The position numbers and the translations under genes were made by a program. From assembly GCA_000320545.1 (NCBI GenBank), contig ADNK01000276.1:1-47873 (forward strand): a DNA stretch of 47,873 bases, given 5' to 3'. Positions 1 to 13,600 of the stretch are shown here, piece after piece (position 1 is the first letter of the stretch; every line of letters starts with the position of its first letter). A model generated the notes under the pieces. It was not told the origin of the DNA. It saw only the letters and a list, made by a program, of their open reading frames with translations, and searched no databases. Source of the stretch: Bigelowiella natans CCMP2755. Its lineage: Eukaryota; Protista; Cercozoa.

Positions 1-657
1 GAAGAAAAGTAACGCCATTGTCTCGTTTTGACGTAGAAAGAGATCTGCCGAGGACGTGAAGCTGCCTTGAAAGTTCAATCACTGTCGCAACACCCGAACA
101 TTCTCTGAGCTCGTAACTGACACACACGCCCTTTCTATACTCTAGTAAAGTCTACCCTGAACATTGAATCCATTGCCTCCATTTATCCCGGGGTTTCACA
201 TTCAGAGATGCCCCGTGGTGGCAAATCCTAGAGGTAGGGTCCCCAAAAGATTTCTCTGAGTTTCTTCTCCCATTTTTAGGGGCGGTTGTCCACCCCCCCC
301 CCCCCCTCCTCCTCCTCCTCTTGCTACTGCGTCGTCGTTGTTGTTGATGATATTCCGCCAGCTTTAGTAAGTGTTACCTGTGGGCCTCAAACAGCTTGAC
401 AGCTTCCTTGGTTGGCGGGATGAGGCGTGTTTCGCGCTCCTTGAACGATGTCGCAAGAAGCATTCTGGAAGGAAGGGCCCCCACGTTGGTCTTGACGCCA
501 CCCTTCATTGTGTACAGTACACCATACGATATGTTACACAACGACGACGAAGAGATCATTGATGATACGCAACAAGGCGACTTCGATTCTGTTGTTTGTC
601 GTTGTTGTTACTGTGCTGAAGAGCTTTCCCATGGGCAGGGCATTATTTATACTACTA

Positions 658-693
<36 letters not shown>

Positions 694-1076
694 ACATTGA
701 GTATCTTCCAAGGGCCCGACGTATACAGCGGCAAGGTGATGACCATCCTTTCTCCCCCTTTCATCTGATGGATTCGTAGTAGCAAGGCCACGAGCAAGAG
801 TAGTAGTGTTAGTAGCGGTAGTAAAACGAGTAATGCGATTGTTGCTTTTAGAAGTGTTGTGTGTTAAGGGTAGGTAAGATGAAGGGCAGCGGGGAACTCT
901 TTGCGCTGGGATATTGAGGATTTTGATGATGATTGATGATTGCACGGTGATGATGATGATGATGATGATGATGATGAGGACCTGCGCCCTTTGTAGAACC
1001 TCCCCACTTCGTGGACGAAGGGCAATGAATTCTAAGTTGTGAGCAGGTAGTAATTGGAGAAGATTCAACCTGTTCG

Positions 1077-1131
<55 letters not shown>

Positions 1132-1510
1132 GACCCTCTAGCTTACCAGCCACTGCGTCCTGATGCCCTTCTCGTGTAGATTCGTTATCGCCATACGCCA
1201 CCAGCAAATTGGACGATATTTGCTTAAAGTCTGAGGACAACAACGACAACGATGATGATGATAGCAGTGATGATGGTGATGATGATGGCAGCAACGGCTC
1301 AGGAGGTGGAAGATCAGATAGCGAGGTAGTATCACCATCACCCCAAGAAAGCCAGCAAGCCATAAATATACCTTTCCACTCGATGTTGTTGACTCCTTCT
1401 TCAGAGAGCTGCTTAACCCACATCTCAGTGCCCTGTGTCGTGCTCATAGCGAAGACCTTCCCCACGCGCGTCAAGGCAACAACGAGCTTCTGTAAACCTA
1501 ATTTAATCAT

Positions 1511-1557
<47 letters not shown>

Positions 1558-4500
1558 AAGAGGGGGTGAGGGGGGGGTCGATATTGTATATGCCTTTTTC
1601 TACATTGCTGAGTGATATTTTGGTCGTTATATCTGCTGCCAAGCACGCAATTTGACTAACCAAAATGATCGGATTCCATCTTGTTGATGCCGCTATTGGA
1701 CTCTGAGGAGGAGCTGCCAAAGATTGCAGCATCACCAGACAATATTCGCTGCATGAAGCTCGAGACACCGGCGATCTGAGAATTTGGACAGAAGGAGGGG
1801 TAGAAGGGGGGGGGGGGGATGGGGGAGAGTATCAAGTAAGTCCAAACTCTGTAAATGTATCAGTATACAATATAACAATCATCATCATCATCACCACCAC
1901 CACCACCACCATCGTCGTCGTCATCGTCGTTGAAATAATATATCGCAAACTCACCACCGCTACTACTCCTACCACCTGCAAAACTAGCCTTTCAAAGAAC
2001 CCAGGAAAATGCCCGTCCTACAGCCAACAGCGGCAACATCATCACCATTAAACCAACTCGGTACAATGAGCATCGATATGACAGCGGATGGATATACGTT
2101 GGGATCGCGTTCATGCAACCCCCTTATTGAAACTGCTCGTGTCATCCAAGCAGTTCAAGAAAAGCGCCAACACCGCCGTTTTTAAAATTATGCTCTTAGC
2201 CTGACAACGGATCGAGGTCGTCGTCGTTGCACAGGGGGGGCAGGATTGTGAAGGCTTGGGGGTTGTTTGACTTGGGGGGAGGGGGGCTCTCAGGAGGAGG
2301 AGGTTTTTGGATGATCTACTTCATGCGGCAACAACGCTGCAACTACAATTTGAACAAAAACAACAACAACAACAACAACTACTACTACTACTACTATGTA
2401 CCGTACAACGACAACAACAACTACTGCTACTACTATGTACCGTTGCTGCAGCTGAAGCAAGCGGAAGGGGAAGGATCTTCGCACTAGAGACTGATGCAAG
2501 TGACTCTTCTCTCGTCCATAGCAACCATGGGGAGGAGGAGGAGGAGGAGGAAGAGGAAGAAGAAGACTGCTTTTGAACTCCGACTAGGGCGTCAGAGTCG
2601 CTCAGAACCTAGATGATGATGACGATGATGTGACAACGAATGATGAGAAGGAAGAGGACTCGGAGGGAATCACCATTTCCTAAATAGTGCATCATCAAAA
2701 AGCTCTCCTCCTCCTCCTCCTCCTCATCATCATCATCATCACCATCATCACCACCATCATCATATCCTGCCTTGCGGTGAAAGGCGCTAGGTAGTGCCCT
2801 AGGTCGTGATGTCTTCTTCTTCTTTCTCACACTCACATACTTCCTTACTACATTATTATATATCAATCATACCAGTGCTCTGTGCTTTGCAGATTTCTTG
2901 AGGTACTGCGCCCACACGTCCGTCAGCTCCCCGAAATGGGAAGGAACTTCTACTGCGTCCGCAATGTACTCAACCACGGGTGGGAGGCGGCTGCTCTCAA
3001 TACCGTCCTCATCCGAGATGTCATGAAGAGTCACCGTGAGCTTGCGCGCGGATATTGATGCACGGACAACGCGCGTATGAAGTGCTGGCGACGATGCTGT
3101 CACAGTAGTGGCAAATGAGTGGATATGTGAGGGAGGAGTTCTGCGTTGTATCGTTGTGTGCATTATTCTGCCTGTCCCAGCTTGAATGAGAATTATGGCG
3201 TTGATCGTAGTTTCGAGTTTTTGTGATTTATTAATTTGCAGTGGATAATTTACCCTTGCTGCCGCTGCCTTTGACAAAACCATAGGCCACACTGCTCGCT
3301 CCTTGCATTTCTAAAGTGCATTAATATTTCATATGTCTATCAAAAGCATCCATCCATACTACCACCCTCTCCCCCCGCTCTGCACGCTAAATCATCGCTT
3401 TCACAAAGTGTAGATTGTTACCCCAGACGTATTTGAGAGAAACTTTGACATTTTTTCCCAGGTCATCATATACGATGACGCCCGTTTTCCCTGGCACATT
3501 TTCGAGGGATAACGGTGATTCATTCACGGAATTCGATCAGCTACTTCTACAACAAATTGGAGTTTCTCTTCAATGTAGCTATAGCTCTGCTGTATACCAG
3601 CTCTACTACCAACCTTTGCTCGATGTTGCCAGGATGACATTGGAGGAGGGGGAAGCTTGTAATGTAGTGATAGCTCCCAGCTTTTGCCACAAATCTACTT
3701 TGCTGACGCTACCGCCAACAAGGACGAAAAGTTCCGATGACGCCTTATCCACGTAAGCCAAGCCCCCTACGATGATTTAAAAGCACAGGTTTCATTTTGA
3801 GTACCATCAAGCTTCTGTGCAAGCTTTTGGATTCCTTTATGTTTTTCATGTCGCAGCTGTCCGATCGTGTGATGCTCCACAACGCGTACAACTTCATTAG
3901 CTAAAAGCACAAATGCAGCCGCTTTTACCCGAAATTGCCGCAGCATTGCTGTGCGAAAGAGTAATTGGCTCTCCAAGATCCTTCTTCGTTGCTGCTCCGT
4001 CAGCAATATCGACAGTCCATGCAATTAATTTTTCTGACGTCACAGCAAGGACTTGGAGAGATGAAGACGATGATGATATTAAACAAGCGTCGAGTTTCTT
4101 GGGAGCACCGGGTAGCGATATTGACCAAACCTAATACATTTAAACAGCGACTTGAGCCCCCATCCAAAAGCCAATTCTGCAGTTGACGCGGCGGAAGAAA
4201 TCTAAATTCCAAAATCTAGCGAACATCATGTTCCTCTCCATTATGTTTTCCAACAACGATACTCAACATGTTCCCCGTTCCTTTTTTGTCAACGATTTCA
4301 GTATTATTTCTGACCTGCCTATGCTCGCTGAATTCGTAAAGGGTTACGGTTGCATCGGCGGTAACGACAGCGATACGCGACCCTGCAGGCTTGCTGCTAC
4401 CGTCAGTGCTTACGACAGCCGCGTGTGCGGAGAAATCGTTCACGCTGCTATTGGCCGACAAAGTTCGCAACCGCGCCGAGAGGTATCCGGAAGACTTCAA

Positions 4501-5080
4501 TTGCGAATATGTCCCCGAAGCCTACGTGTATGAGTGTTGGATCATTGTAATATTGCGCGGAACTAGCTGCCGTAGTCTCATGTGAGGAGGGTCAAATAGT
4601 AAAATCAATTTGAAAGTATTATAGGTACCCAAACAAGGGATCCATCTCTCGCATTCCAAACTCTCACGATGTCTGGAGCAGAGAGTGTGACAACATTCTT
4701 GTGGTGGTGGAACAGAGAGAGAATAGTTTCGTCTTCTTCCAATATCTGACGCCATCCCACCGTCCCCCGTTTGGTATCGAGGCCTGCAATGATGTTCTTC
4801 GAAGTCGAAACGAATGCTCGACTGCCACTTGTAGCTGCAAATTGGACGCGACCAATGTTTTGTCTGTGCCTAAGGAACACACGATGATGAAGAGCTCTAC
4901 TCTCCCGTGGCATGCAGACATGGTAGTTATCACAATTGAAAGGTGTTCTAACCAGTCATACTTCCCAGCCTGATCTTCGTAAATGGCGTTGACAATGGGG
5001 AGCGTAGAAAAGGTTAGAATAGAGAGGAAACTCAGGAGAATGCTTGGCAAAAGCGTGCGCCCCCCTTGCGCGGCCCACAT
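1..5080 (-). CDS. EMC1: ER membrane protein complex subunit 1 (multi-exon; 3' end beyond the left edge)
   Basis: ATG at 5080 starts a signal peptide (MWAAQGGRTLLPSILLSFLSILTFSTLPIVNA) followed by IYEDQAGKYDW|HRQNIGRV across a GT-AG intron. Later exons give IAGLDTKRGTVGWRQIL, VRVWNARDGSLVW, LWTREESLASV (about 2470-2520) and GLQKLVVALTRVGKVFAMSTTQGTEMWVKQL (about 1410-1500), all recognisable EMC1 motifs. The exons checked join in frame at GT-AG sites. Confidence 0.93.
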
Positions 5081-5525
5081 CAGGCGACGTTTATTTTTCA
5101 GACGCACTCGCAATCCTTCCCGTGAAAAATCGAGAATTGTCTTAGTTATGCGCGACAAAGAATGTCTCATGTCGCACTCATATATTACAAGGACTAAAGG
5201 CAACTTTTGATTCGCTTGCTTCGCCTTCCGTTGGCGAGTGTTGCGCGTGTTAGTAGTTTATTTTTCATACGGAAAACTTCGTAAAACCTTAAGTCAATGG
5301 CGTGGGGCTTGTGACGTACATGCTTTTGGTGATGACAGCTGCGAAGCCCCCACCGTTCGCAGAATAAGATATTTCTATGAGAAAAAATATAATTTTATTG
5401 AAGTATTTACTGTAGAATATCAATCTACGACATGGATTAAAAAAAATTGTTTATGAGAACGAACGGTGTTTTGGTTTGAGCTTGTGAGGATTGCGTCTGA
5501 GTGTAGACAACACAGACAGGAGACA

Positions 5526-5666
5526 ATGGGAGGCGACCCAAGATACCCATACCCAAAGTTCTCTTTAAGAGCACTATGCACACCCACAGCACGATTAACG
5601 TTAAAATATTGTTACTCTACATTCTATATTCTAACTGAAAGGGTGAAGTTCTTGCTTTCCTTTGAG

Positions 5667-5708
<42 letters not shown>

Positions 5709-6028
5709 TGTTTTACCATACCATGTGCTGTTTTGCCTGCTTAAAGATTTACCAACACGCAATGAAATAGAATAGGAATGGCCCTAAAACATGTATAAAT
5801 TTTTAAAGGAAAGTTTGGACTCCAGCTGGAGGGTGGTGGAGAGCTGTTCCTAATCCCATGGGAAGAGCAGCACTGGCTATTGGGGTTATTATCGGAGTCA
5901 GCGCACCTCTTTGCGCTATTGCATCAAGCAACACGCTTAAGTACAATAACAATCCAGATCCAGCGGCACTTGGCAACGCTAAGTACAGGAGACAACTTGG
6001 TGAACCTCCTGCTATGGAATCGGAGTAA
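5526..6028 (+). CDS. Small single-TM protein, probable mitochondrial complex I accessory subunit (NUUM-like)
   Basis: Two exons, 5526-5557 and 5809-6028, with a GT-AG intron at 5558-5808, give MGGDPRYPYPKKVWTPAGGWWRAVPNPMGRAALAIGVIIGVSAPLCAIAS...SE*. The MGGxxRYPYPKxVWS/TPAGGWW plus one TM helix pattern resembles the fungal NUUM-type family as I recall it; not searched. Confidence 0.7.
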
Positions 6029-6937
6029 GACATAGATTATTAGTGGCATTGGCATGTCTCCCATTTGAGGATCCCATATACCTAACCATGTTTGTTACAA
6101 AACACGGAATTCTTGTCAAATCAATTGGTAAATGAATCATTTGACATTAGAATGTATTTGTTTATTAATCGGAAAATTGATGTGGGCCGATCTATTGCAA
6201 TCTTTTTGCGATGGAATGTTATGTTAGCATGCGATGCATAGCAGTAGCTCTCCTAGCAGTGCATGGTTTTTTTTACTAATGGTACTTTTCGAGTTTACTG
6301 AGTCATCTGTGTAAGTTGTATATGTGCATGCGTGTGAATATGTGTGTACGTACGTCTAGACGGCCATCACAATGATGTGATATCATCATGCATGGAACCC
6401 AGCACAATGTGGCCGCCATGCCATGCTAACAAACACTTCGTAGCAATTGTTTGTGAAGTCGCTATGTGCGTCTATACATAGATACACATGCATAGTCTAG
6501 CTATGCTAGACGTACATTGTTGTTGTGCATTCTATGTGCGCTGAGCTTATAATGATAATTCATAACGCAACTCTTTATTGTGGTTATACCGCACTAGCAG
6601 CTAGCTGACGGTACTATCTAGCTAGCTATGTGAGTCCTAATAGTACATTCTATATGCTGGCCAGCACTAGAGTAGATAGTGAAATTAGGAAAAACATGAA
6701 CCATATATACAATCATTGCTGTTACACACTTATACTACGCACATATGAATGCTCTGCCCACACAGTTGCGTGCATCTATCGATCTGCATCGATCGCACTG
6801 ACACGCACGGACACACTAGTGTATTCATGAAACGTCAAATTTTAGTCGTATTATATCGGCGTGAACATATACGGCGCCAAGTATCCGATAGTGTTATGAC
6901 AAAGTGTTTCGAGTTGCTAGCTTAGATGCTGTGAGTT

Positions 6938-7653
6938 TTAATTGCATTGGTTAAATGGGTCGGGAAAGTTGTCTTGTGGAATGATATTAGTCCAAGCGCT
7001 ACTTGTGATGTTGAATCTCCAAACATCCTTCAAGGAGTAGCCAAATAAAAAACTATCCTCGCGAAAGCACTGAAGTGATAAATAGACACAAACCAGATTT
7101 GAGTTTGACTCAATCAGAAAAAAATGATCCCTTCGAAGCTCACCTGTGTTCCTCCAAATACGACGAAGGAGTCCCCATCGGGGCTCATGGACATCGAGTG
7201 GAAAATGCGACCTCTGGGTCGCACCGACGATGTCGTTGTCGGTACCACTATCCATCCGATAGTAGGGTTTGACATATTTAGTCTATAAATCTCCTCGTTG
7301 AATTCTAAGTGCTTGTGGTACAGCCCGTCAACCTAAAATGTACATCGCAACAAATAAGCAAAGTAGACCAGGTGAACGAGTAAAATACGAAATTCGATGA
7401 TCGAAACGACAAGTATTGCGATAGCTACCGTTTCGAAAGCTTCTCAACTTACTACCTGATTATTGATGTCATAGTGGAGGAACTTCTCCGTGAGATGATA
7501 CCCACCCCATACAAGAATGTAATCGTGGCCCTGAGAGTCACGGTAGGACACTTGTGCATGGCCAGTAAATTGGATTGATTCTGATGACACGTTGAGAATA
7601 GAGAGAAGCAGCAGTACAATAATCCAAGCGAAGGGATGGTAGGAGCTGGACAT
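6938..7653 (-). CDS. Secreted kelch-repeat protein of about 170 aa with only two repeats (possibly truncated)
   Basis: Three in-frame exons (7653-7456, about 7332-7144, about 7069-6938). Signal peptide MSSSYHPFAWIIVLLLLSILNVSS, then GHAQ..ILVWGGY..EIYRLNMSNPTIGW and RPRGRIFHSMSMSPDGDSFVVFGG..LKDVWRFNITSSAW, which are kelch GG/W motifs. Confidence 0.75.
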
Positions 7654-7942
7654 CTCGATCCCAACTGCAATCAGGTACCTGCTGAATTCAGTCAGAAAGA
7701 TATGTACTCTCACCCGCGAGTATCTAGTCACCCAAAAATGTTCAACCAACTGTTCTACATAATCAATGAGGCATTTACTATTAAGCCAAGTCTGCGCTCT
7801 GACCTCTCCCCAGATGTACGTAAAGATCGAACAACCGATGAGAGGTGATGTTACTGCTCGTTACCGGCCGACTACTGCGGTTATATATCTCACATCATTG
7901 TGTACCAGCGTTGTAGGACAATGTTTCTTGTCGCTTTCTGTA

Positions 7943-8710
7943 ATTCCCATTCATTTCGTCGTTTTTTTCGGTTCTGACCCTGTTGAGAGATCTGTCGTCG
8001 GCGCTGTGTGGCTGTGACATGGCGCTTCTTTCGCTTCTTTCTTTCTTCTCTTCTGCTGCTGTTCATGGCTGCCTGCAAAACATGTGTCTGCCCGCATTCA
8101 CTTGTTGTTCAGGGTCGTCCAGCTTGCTAGCAGCACAAAGCTGCATCTTGTCAGAATGGTCGAAATCAACGCGATTTCGCGTGAATCGATCCGTGCTGGC
8201 ATGAGCATGCAAGTCAAGCACACGATCATCACGGACAGTGGGTTGTGGACATGAACCGCTCACTTGTTCGAAGGTTGGGTGTTCCTTGTCTCATGGCCCA
8301 CACATGTGTGGTGACAGCAACACAGTGCAGCTTTCAAAGTTTTCATGTGTTCGACGCTCATTTGCTCTTGCGCAGTGCACGCGCGCTAGCGAGTCCTGGG
8401 ATTGTCGCAAGCTCTGTGTGCGCAGCACTGCATGCTCATGGGCTCAAAATCGCATCATAGAATGAATAAGTGACAAGTGAATGAGCAATGCCGATGCGAG
8501 CAGCTGAACATGTAAAGTGCATGAGTGAGCTTGTTGCGACTGTGCGAACAACAGACACAGTGCAATCATGCGATGTTCACATCGGACTGATTTGACAGAT
8601 TGATTTATCAACTTGTCAATTTGTGTTCATTTTGAGAAGGAATGGATAGGTGGATTTGATCACAACCTTTCACGATTTTCCTGCAAGTTCACTTCCCCGT
8701 GCACCTGGCC
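7943..8710. other. TpA-depleted, TpG/CpA-rich intergenic domain
   Basis: Hand count for 7943-8457 (515 nt): 2 TpA, both in GCTAGC, against about 31 CpG. Seven TpA in 7943-8710. The neighbouring kelch-gene lines around 7261-7440 have about 4-7 TpA per 60 nt. Confidence 0.9.
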
Positions 8711-8736
8711 TCATTACACTCTAGTTGATGGCATTG

Positions 8737-10586
8737 CTAGAATGATTTGAGGCGGGAGCGACCGCTGGCAACAGAGCCGGAGTCGAAAGTAAAAGTAGTG
8801 TCCCCCAGCGCTTTAAGCTTCTGCTTCGACGGCATACCGCTAGCAACAGAATTCGCATCTTCGCTACCCTCCGATTCATCCTCAAGTGGATTTGGAGTGA
8901 ATAGGTACGGAACGCTTTTTCTACAAGAAGGCGAAGCCTGCAGATAGTTTACGATTGGATTGAGATAACGAAGTAGTAGTAGTGTTGACTTTTCGAGTCT
9001 CGATTTTGAAATGAAAGCAATAAAACTGTTGTGTTTGCCCAAAGACTCAGTAAAAGGTGTTTCAAGGACCGTGCAAATTTTACTCATTTTGGTGCAAATG
9101 ATGAACGACAATGATGATGATGATGAAAATGGTGATACGGGCAATGGCAACAGCATACTAGAAACAAAAAATCAACGACAATATTGTATCACAAGAAAGG
9201 ATACACGCACGTAATATATAGTTCCGCTTCAACTGCTTTGTAGTGACCATACCAGCTCACCTCCCTCTCAACCTCCCCTCTTTCCTTCTTTCAATAATAC
9301 AGCGGACCTCATTGCTATTATTCTTCCCCCAAAGCTTGGTGATGGCCCCAGGGCTCCATTTGATATTCCTAGCCACCTTTTCCATCGATGCATCAACGCT
9401 CAAAGCCGATCTCAACCTTGGAAATGCCATACTTGGGCTATCCTTCTTCTCGCCCGGGGGGAGCAGATTCAGTGTGTATGAATTCGTTCGCGACCTCGTT
9501 TCACTTTCAACGTCGTTAAGAAAGTTGCTTTTAGAGGCAGTGAAGTTGATGCTGCCTGACTGTCGCCGTCTGTGCTGAACTGTCCTCCCCCCTTCCCCTC
9601 CTCGTTGAGGCTTCGTCGTTGGGCGATTGCGAAACTGGACATCCTCATCGTTAAGGTTGATAACAAAGGATCCTTTCCTCCTCCTCACGCCCTTGGGCAA
9701 ACGTTTTGACCTCCGACGAGACTTTGGCATTTTTTCCTCTGATGCCCATGACGACGATAATGGCAACGGCCTGCGATGCGAAAACTTCTTTGGCGGGTCC
9801 GTCAGTGCGACAGTTTTCATCTTGGAACCACGAGGTGGAGGTGTGACAGGAAAGATTTGCCTAGCAGTTTTCTCGGGTGAAAATGTTTTAAGTTGGTCTC
9901 GCATAGATTTCGGAGCCACACCGTAGCTTCGAGTAACAACACCTTTCGGGGATGTTAGCGTGACTTTTGAGGACTTACGACGATGCATGCCCTTGTTCTC
10001 CCTTGCCGTAGGAGTCGCTTTGGGCAACTGCCATTCCCCTGACCTGAGCGTTAACCAAGATTAGCGAATTGCACATCACGAGCTCTCACACATGGTCACC
10101 ATTCCATATACTATTTCCTAATGATCACCTATATTCCTCGTCGGCTCCCTCCTGCATCTTGGTGTTAGGTTCAGGTTCGGCAGCTTTTTTCTCCGCAAAG
10201 ATTTTCTACCTTCTTCCCCCTTTGATGGAGAGTTACTTCTGCTCCTTTTAGCAACCACACCGGAAGAAGTGGTCTTGATTCGAGAGGAGTGGCGGCGATG
10301 GTGGTGACTAGGAACAGTCTTACTATTGGACGCCGATTCCGATATCCCTAGCATGGGCCTTTCTAGGCCTGCCTCTTTAGAAGGTTGCTGCGAGTCCTCT
10401 CTTTCCTCAATGAACGGCAGCTTCATTGTTTCGGTGCTCATCGTTGAATGTATGGTTGCTGTGCGAGGCTGGACCACCAATAAGGAAGGTTTACAGGTGC
10501 ATAGGGAGAGAGGGGAGGGGGGGGGGGAGGGGGGAGAATCGTATACAGGTTAGCATTACAGTGGTCAGGCAATGCTATAAAATATA

Positions 10587-10624
<38 letters not shown>

Positions 10625-13600
10625 CGCTACTTCTACTGTCACCACTATTACTCCTACTTCTTCCACCATTACGCTGCTATCCCCGAACCATTGGCAACAA
10701 CACCCCTATTGCGGCTAATCCAACAGCTACCATGCAGATTCCCTCGCCGTTCAATCCGACGACCGCTTCATTCATGGTTTCTGGTTCTCTGTTGGACATG
10801 TGTGTAATAACTTGCTCCTCTTCCCCAAACGATGCGGTCATTGAAGATATACGGACTATGTTCTGGGGCATCAGCATTACTGAAGGATCTCTTGGTGTCG
10901 AAGGGGGTTGGGAAGTAGAGTTTATCGTCGCTGGTACCCTTCGTTTATTCGGAGGAGATGTAATCTCCACGGTGTTGTTGCTTTGCCTGTCAAGCATATT
11001 GCCTTTTTGTCGCTTCTGCTCTTTCTCAATTCCCCCCGATTTTGGGGAAGCGAAGGAGTTGCTTGGGGTGGGTTTAATGGTGTTTCGAAATCTCGACTCA
11101 TCCTCGAGCGTCTGCCTCTTTTTGGAAGAGATGTTTTTTCTGCTCTTGGTCGCTCCTGTTGATCTAGCCTTCCGTCGCGGGGACATTAGATGGCGTGTTG
11201 ATGGTGACGCAGCCTTCTTCTTGAGCCCATTTCGAGGAGATTCTGGCTCAGATGGCGTTGATTTATTTTCCGAGTTGATATTAATATGGATCTCGAGCAT
11301 ACGGTTTTTCGTCGCTGAGGCTGTAATTTTCTTCTTTTTCTTTTTCTTCTTCTTTCTATTTCTAGATTTTACTGCAAGCTTTGGTTGCTGTAATGATGCC
11401 TGCTTTCCTCCTTGGTCTTTTGAATCACCAGCAGCATGTTTCTCCTCGTCATCCTCCCCGTCTAACGCAAGTAGATCTTCTTCACTTTGGGAGAACTTAG
11501 CATTCATCACCGCGTTAAGCCAGAGACCATCGGCAGTCCTGGCCGCCATTTCGTCTACGAGCGCTAGCCTTTCTTTGTGAAGTCTTTCTCGCTCGTTTTC
11601 TACTTCTCTCATCGCTTCAACTTTCTCCCTCCATATCCGGGCCTTCTCCTCCTCTAACAGTTGGTGATACTTCTCCATCAGCTCAGCTTTACGCGCACTT
11701 TCCCGAGCAGAATCGCGAGTGCCTGCCAACTTCTCTTGCTGCTCAGCTAGCTCGGGCTTCTCTCCCTCGAGAGATTTGAAGGATTCGGCCGAGTTTTGCG
11801 TGACAACATTAGTCATGTCTGGGGCATTTTCACTTGTTAATCTCTTGTTCTTTAGTTCCCTCGGAGCCCTTTGCGAGGCTTGGATTTGTAACTTTCCCAA
11901 GAGGTGACTCATCAGCAACCTCTCTTTCTCTCTTTCCAGCTTCTCGCTCTCGAGGGCATGTTGTCGTGCGCTCTCCTCCGCCTGTTTTCGCTCTTGCTCA
12001 ATCCTGCATTTTTCTTCTTCAAGACTAGTTCGGTCACGTTCCAACTGTGCCTCTCGCTCGCAATGAAGTTGAGCCCTGTGTGCTATTTCTGCCCCTTCTC
12101 TCTCTTGCTTCAATTGCTCGCGCTGCAGTGCTTCTTGGAGTTCCAAAATCCGCCGTTTCTCCTCTTCATCTGCAGCGGAAGGAGGAGACGCCGCGTCTCT
12201 TTGCTGTTGCTGCTGATCTTCGATGTTGCGCTCCAGTTCGATCTTGATGGCATCAAGTTCCTTCGCCTTGTACTCCAGTGTCTCACTGTCGTTCTTCAAT
12301 TTCTCGAAATCGGAGGCGAGAGAGTCCATCAGCTTGGCTTGTTTCTCTTCGATATCCTTACGTTCTCTCATTTCCCGCTCAAGATCTATTTTTCGGCCAA
12401 AAAGAGCAGAGCGCGCTGAAGCTAGTAGCACCTCCTTGGTGGCTAGAGGCCTCAGGGCCTCCACAAGCATGGCGGTCTCATCATGCTCCACTGTTATCTT
12501 CTCCTTTCTTTCTTCCCCTTTCGTTTCCGGCTGCTGTCTAACTACCGCATTGGGAGATGTGGTCAATGGTTGTTGCTGCTGCTGCTTCTGCTGCTGCTGC
12601 TGCTCCTGATACTGTTCCAGTCGTGGCGGTCTCGACTGATTCGCACGATACCCATTGCTTTCATAGGAGTCAGTGGGACAGTGAAGATTAGCTGTATTCT
12701 CCTGTTGAGGGTGCTCATCTTGCTCGCTGCTATGGCTCTCGTTGTCGTAGCTACCGATTGTGTTATGAGTTTGCGCAGAACCGACAGTGGCGCTCATGCT
12801 AGCGACGGAGCGATCTCCTTTATTGTCTTCTTGTATTCCAAAAGTTTCCTCTCCTCCTCCTCCTCCTCCTCCTCCTCCGTCAGATAAAGGATCTTTATTG
12901 TCTTTAGACTTCCCTTCGGCCACATCGTCGCTCACTTTGATCACGCCATTAAAGGTCTCGGAAAGGGTAGACGACGCACTGGCCTTTTTGGATGGCGGCT
13001 GGTGTCGATGCTCCACCTCAGCGGTTTGCTCTCCTTGATTCCTATTTATCTCCTTCCTAGATTTCGTATTATCCGAAGATATCACCATCATTTTCTTGGT
13101 CTTGGAGATGGAAGAGCTCCGCTCAAGCAGCTTCCGCTGAATTTCACGCTCTGGTGTTCTAGAACGAACGTCGATCGACCACCGACGTGGTTTTCGTATG
13201 GTGCGCGGTCCATTTGCCGGTGAAGATGCTCTGCTGGCCACATCGTGAGCAGCATTGTCACCAGCAGGAGTAGTATTGGTGTTATCCCCCTCATCTGCGC
13301 TCATTTTATTCCCCAACCCTTCTTTCACAATATCGGTTTTCTCCCGCGCCACGGCGAACGGGCTTGTTCTCTTGTGGCTCTGATGACCGCCCAGTTCTTC
13401 TTTCCTATCTTTTGCTCCTGTGACCATCATCGATGCGGTTTCTGCCTCTGCAAAGTCTACTGCAACTTTTGGTTTTGGAAACGTGCGGTCGTCGCTGTAG
13501 CCACTGTCTGTGGGAGATGACGGTGCATGGACCACTCCTTCCAGAATGGCGTTTGTTGACAGCGACGTATGTTGTGTACTGCGATGAAAGCTGGGCTCTT

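Noticed and set aside
3400-4600. Plus-strand ORFs suggesting a gene nested in EMC1
   Set aside because: They are antisense shadows of EMC1 exons that splice in frame on the minus strand.
5526-5820. Apparent frameshift or microexon in the NUUM-like gene
   Set aside because: A canonical phase-2 GT-AG intron (5558-5808) restores YPYPKKVWTPAGGWW.
10426-11580. 384-aa plus-strand ORF and similar antisense ORFs across 8.7-18.5 kb
   Set aside because: Ser/Phe/Leu-rich mirror of the charged minus-strand protein; no independent gene signals.
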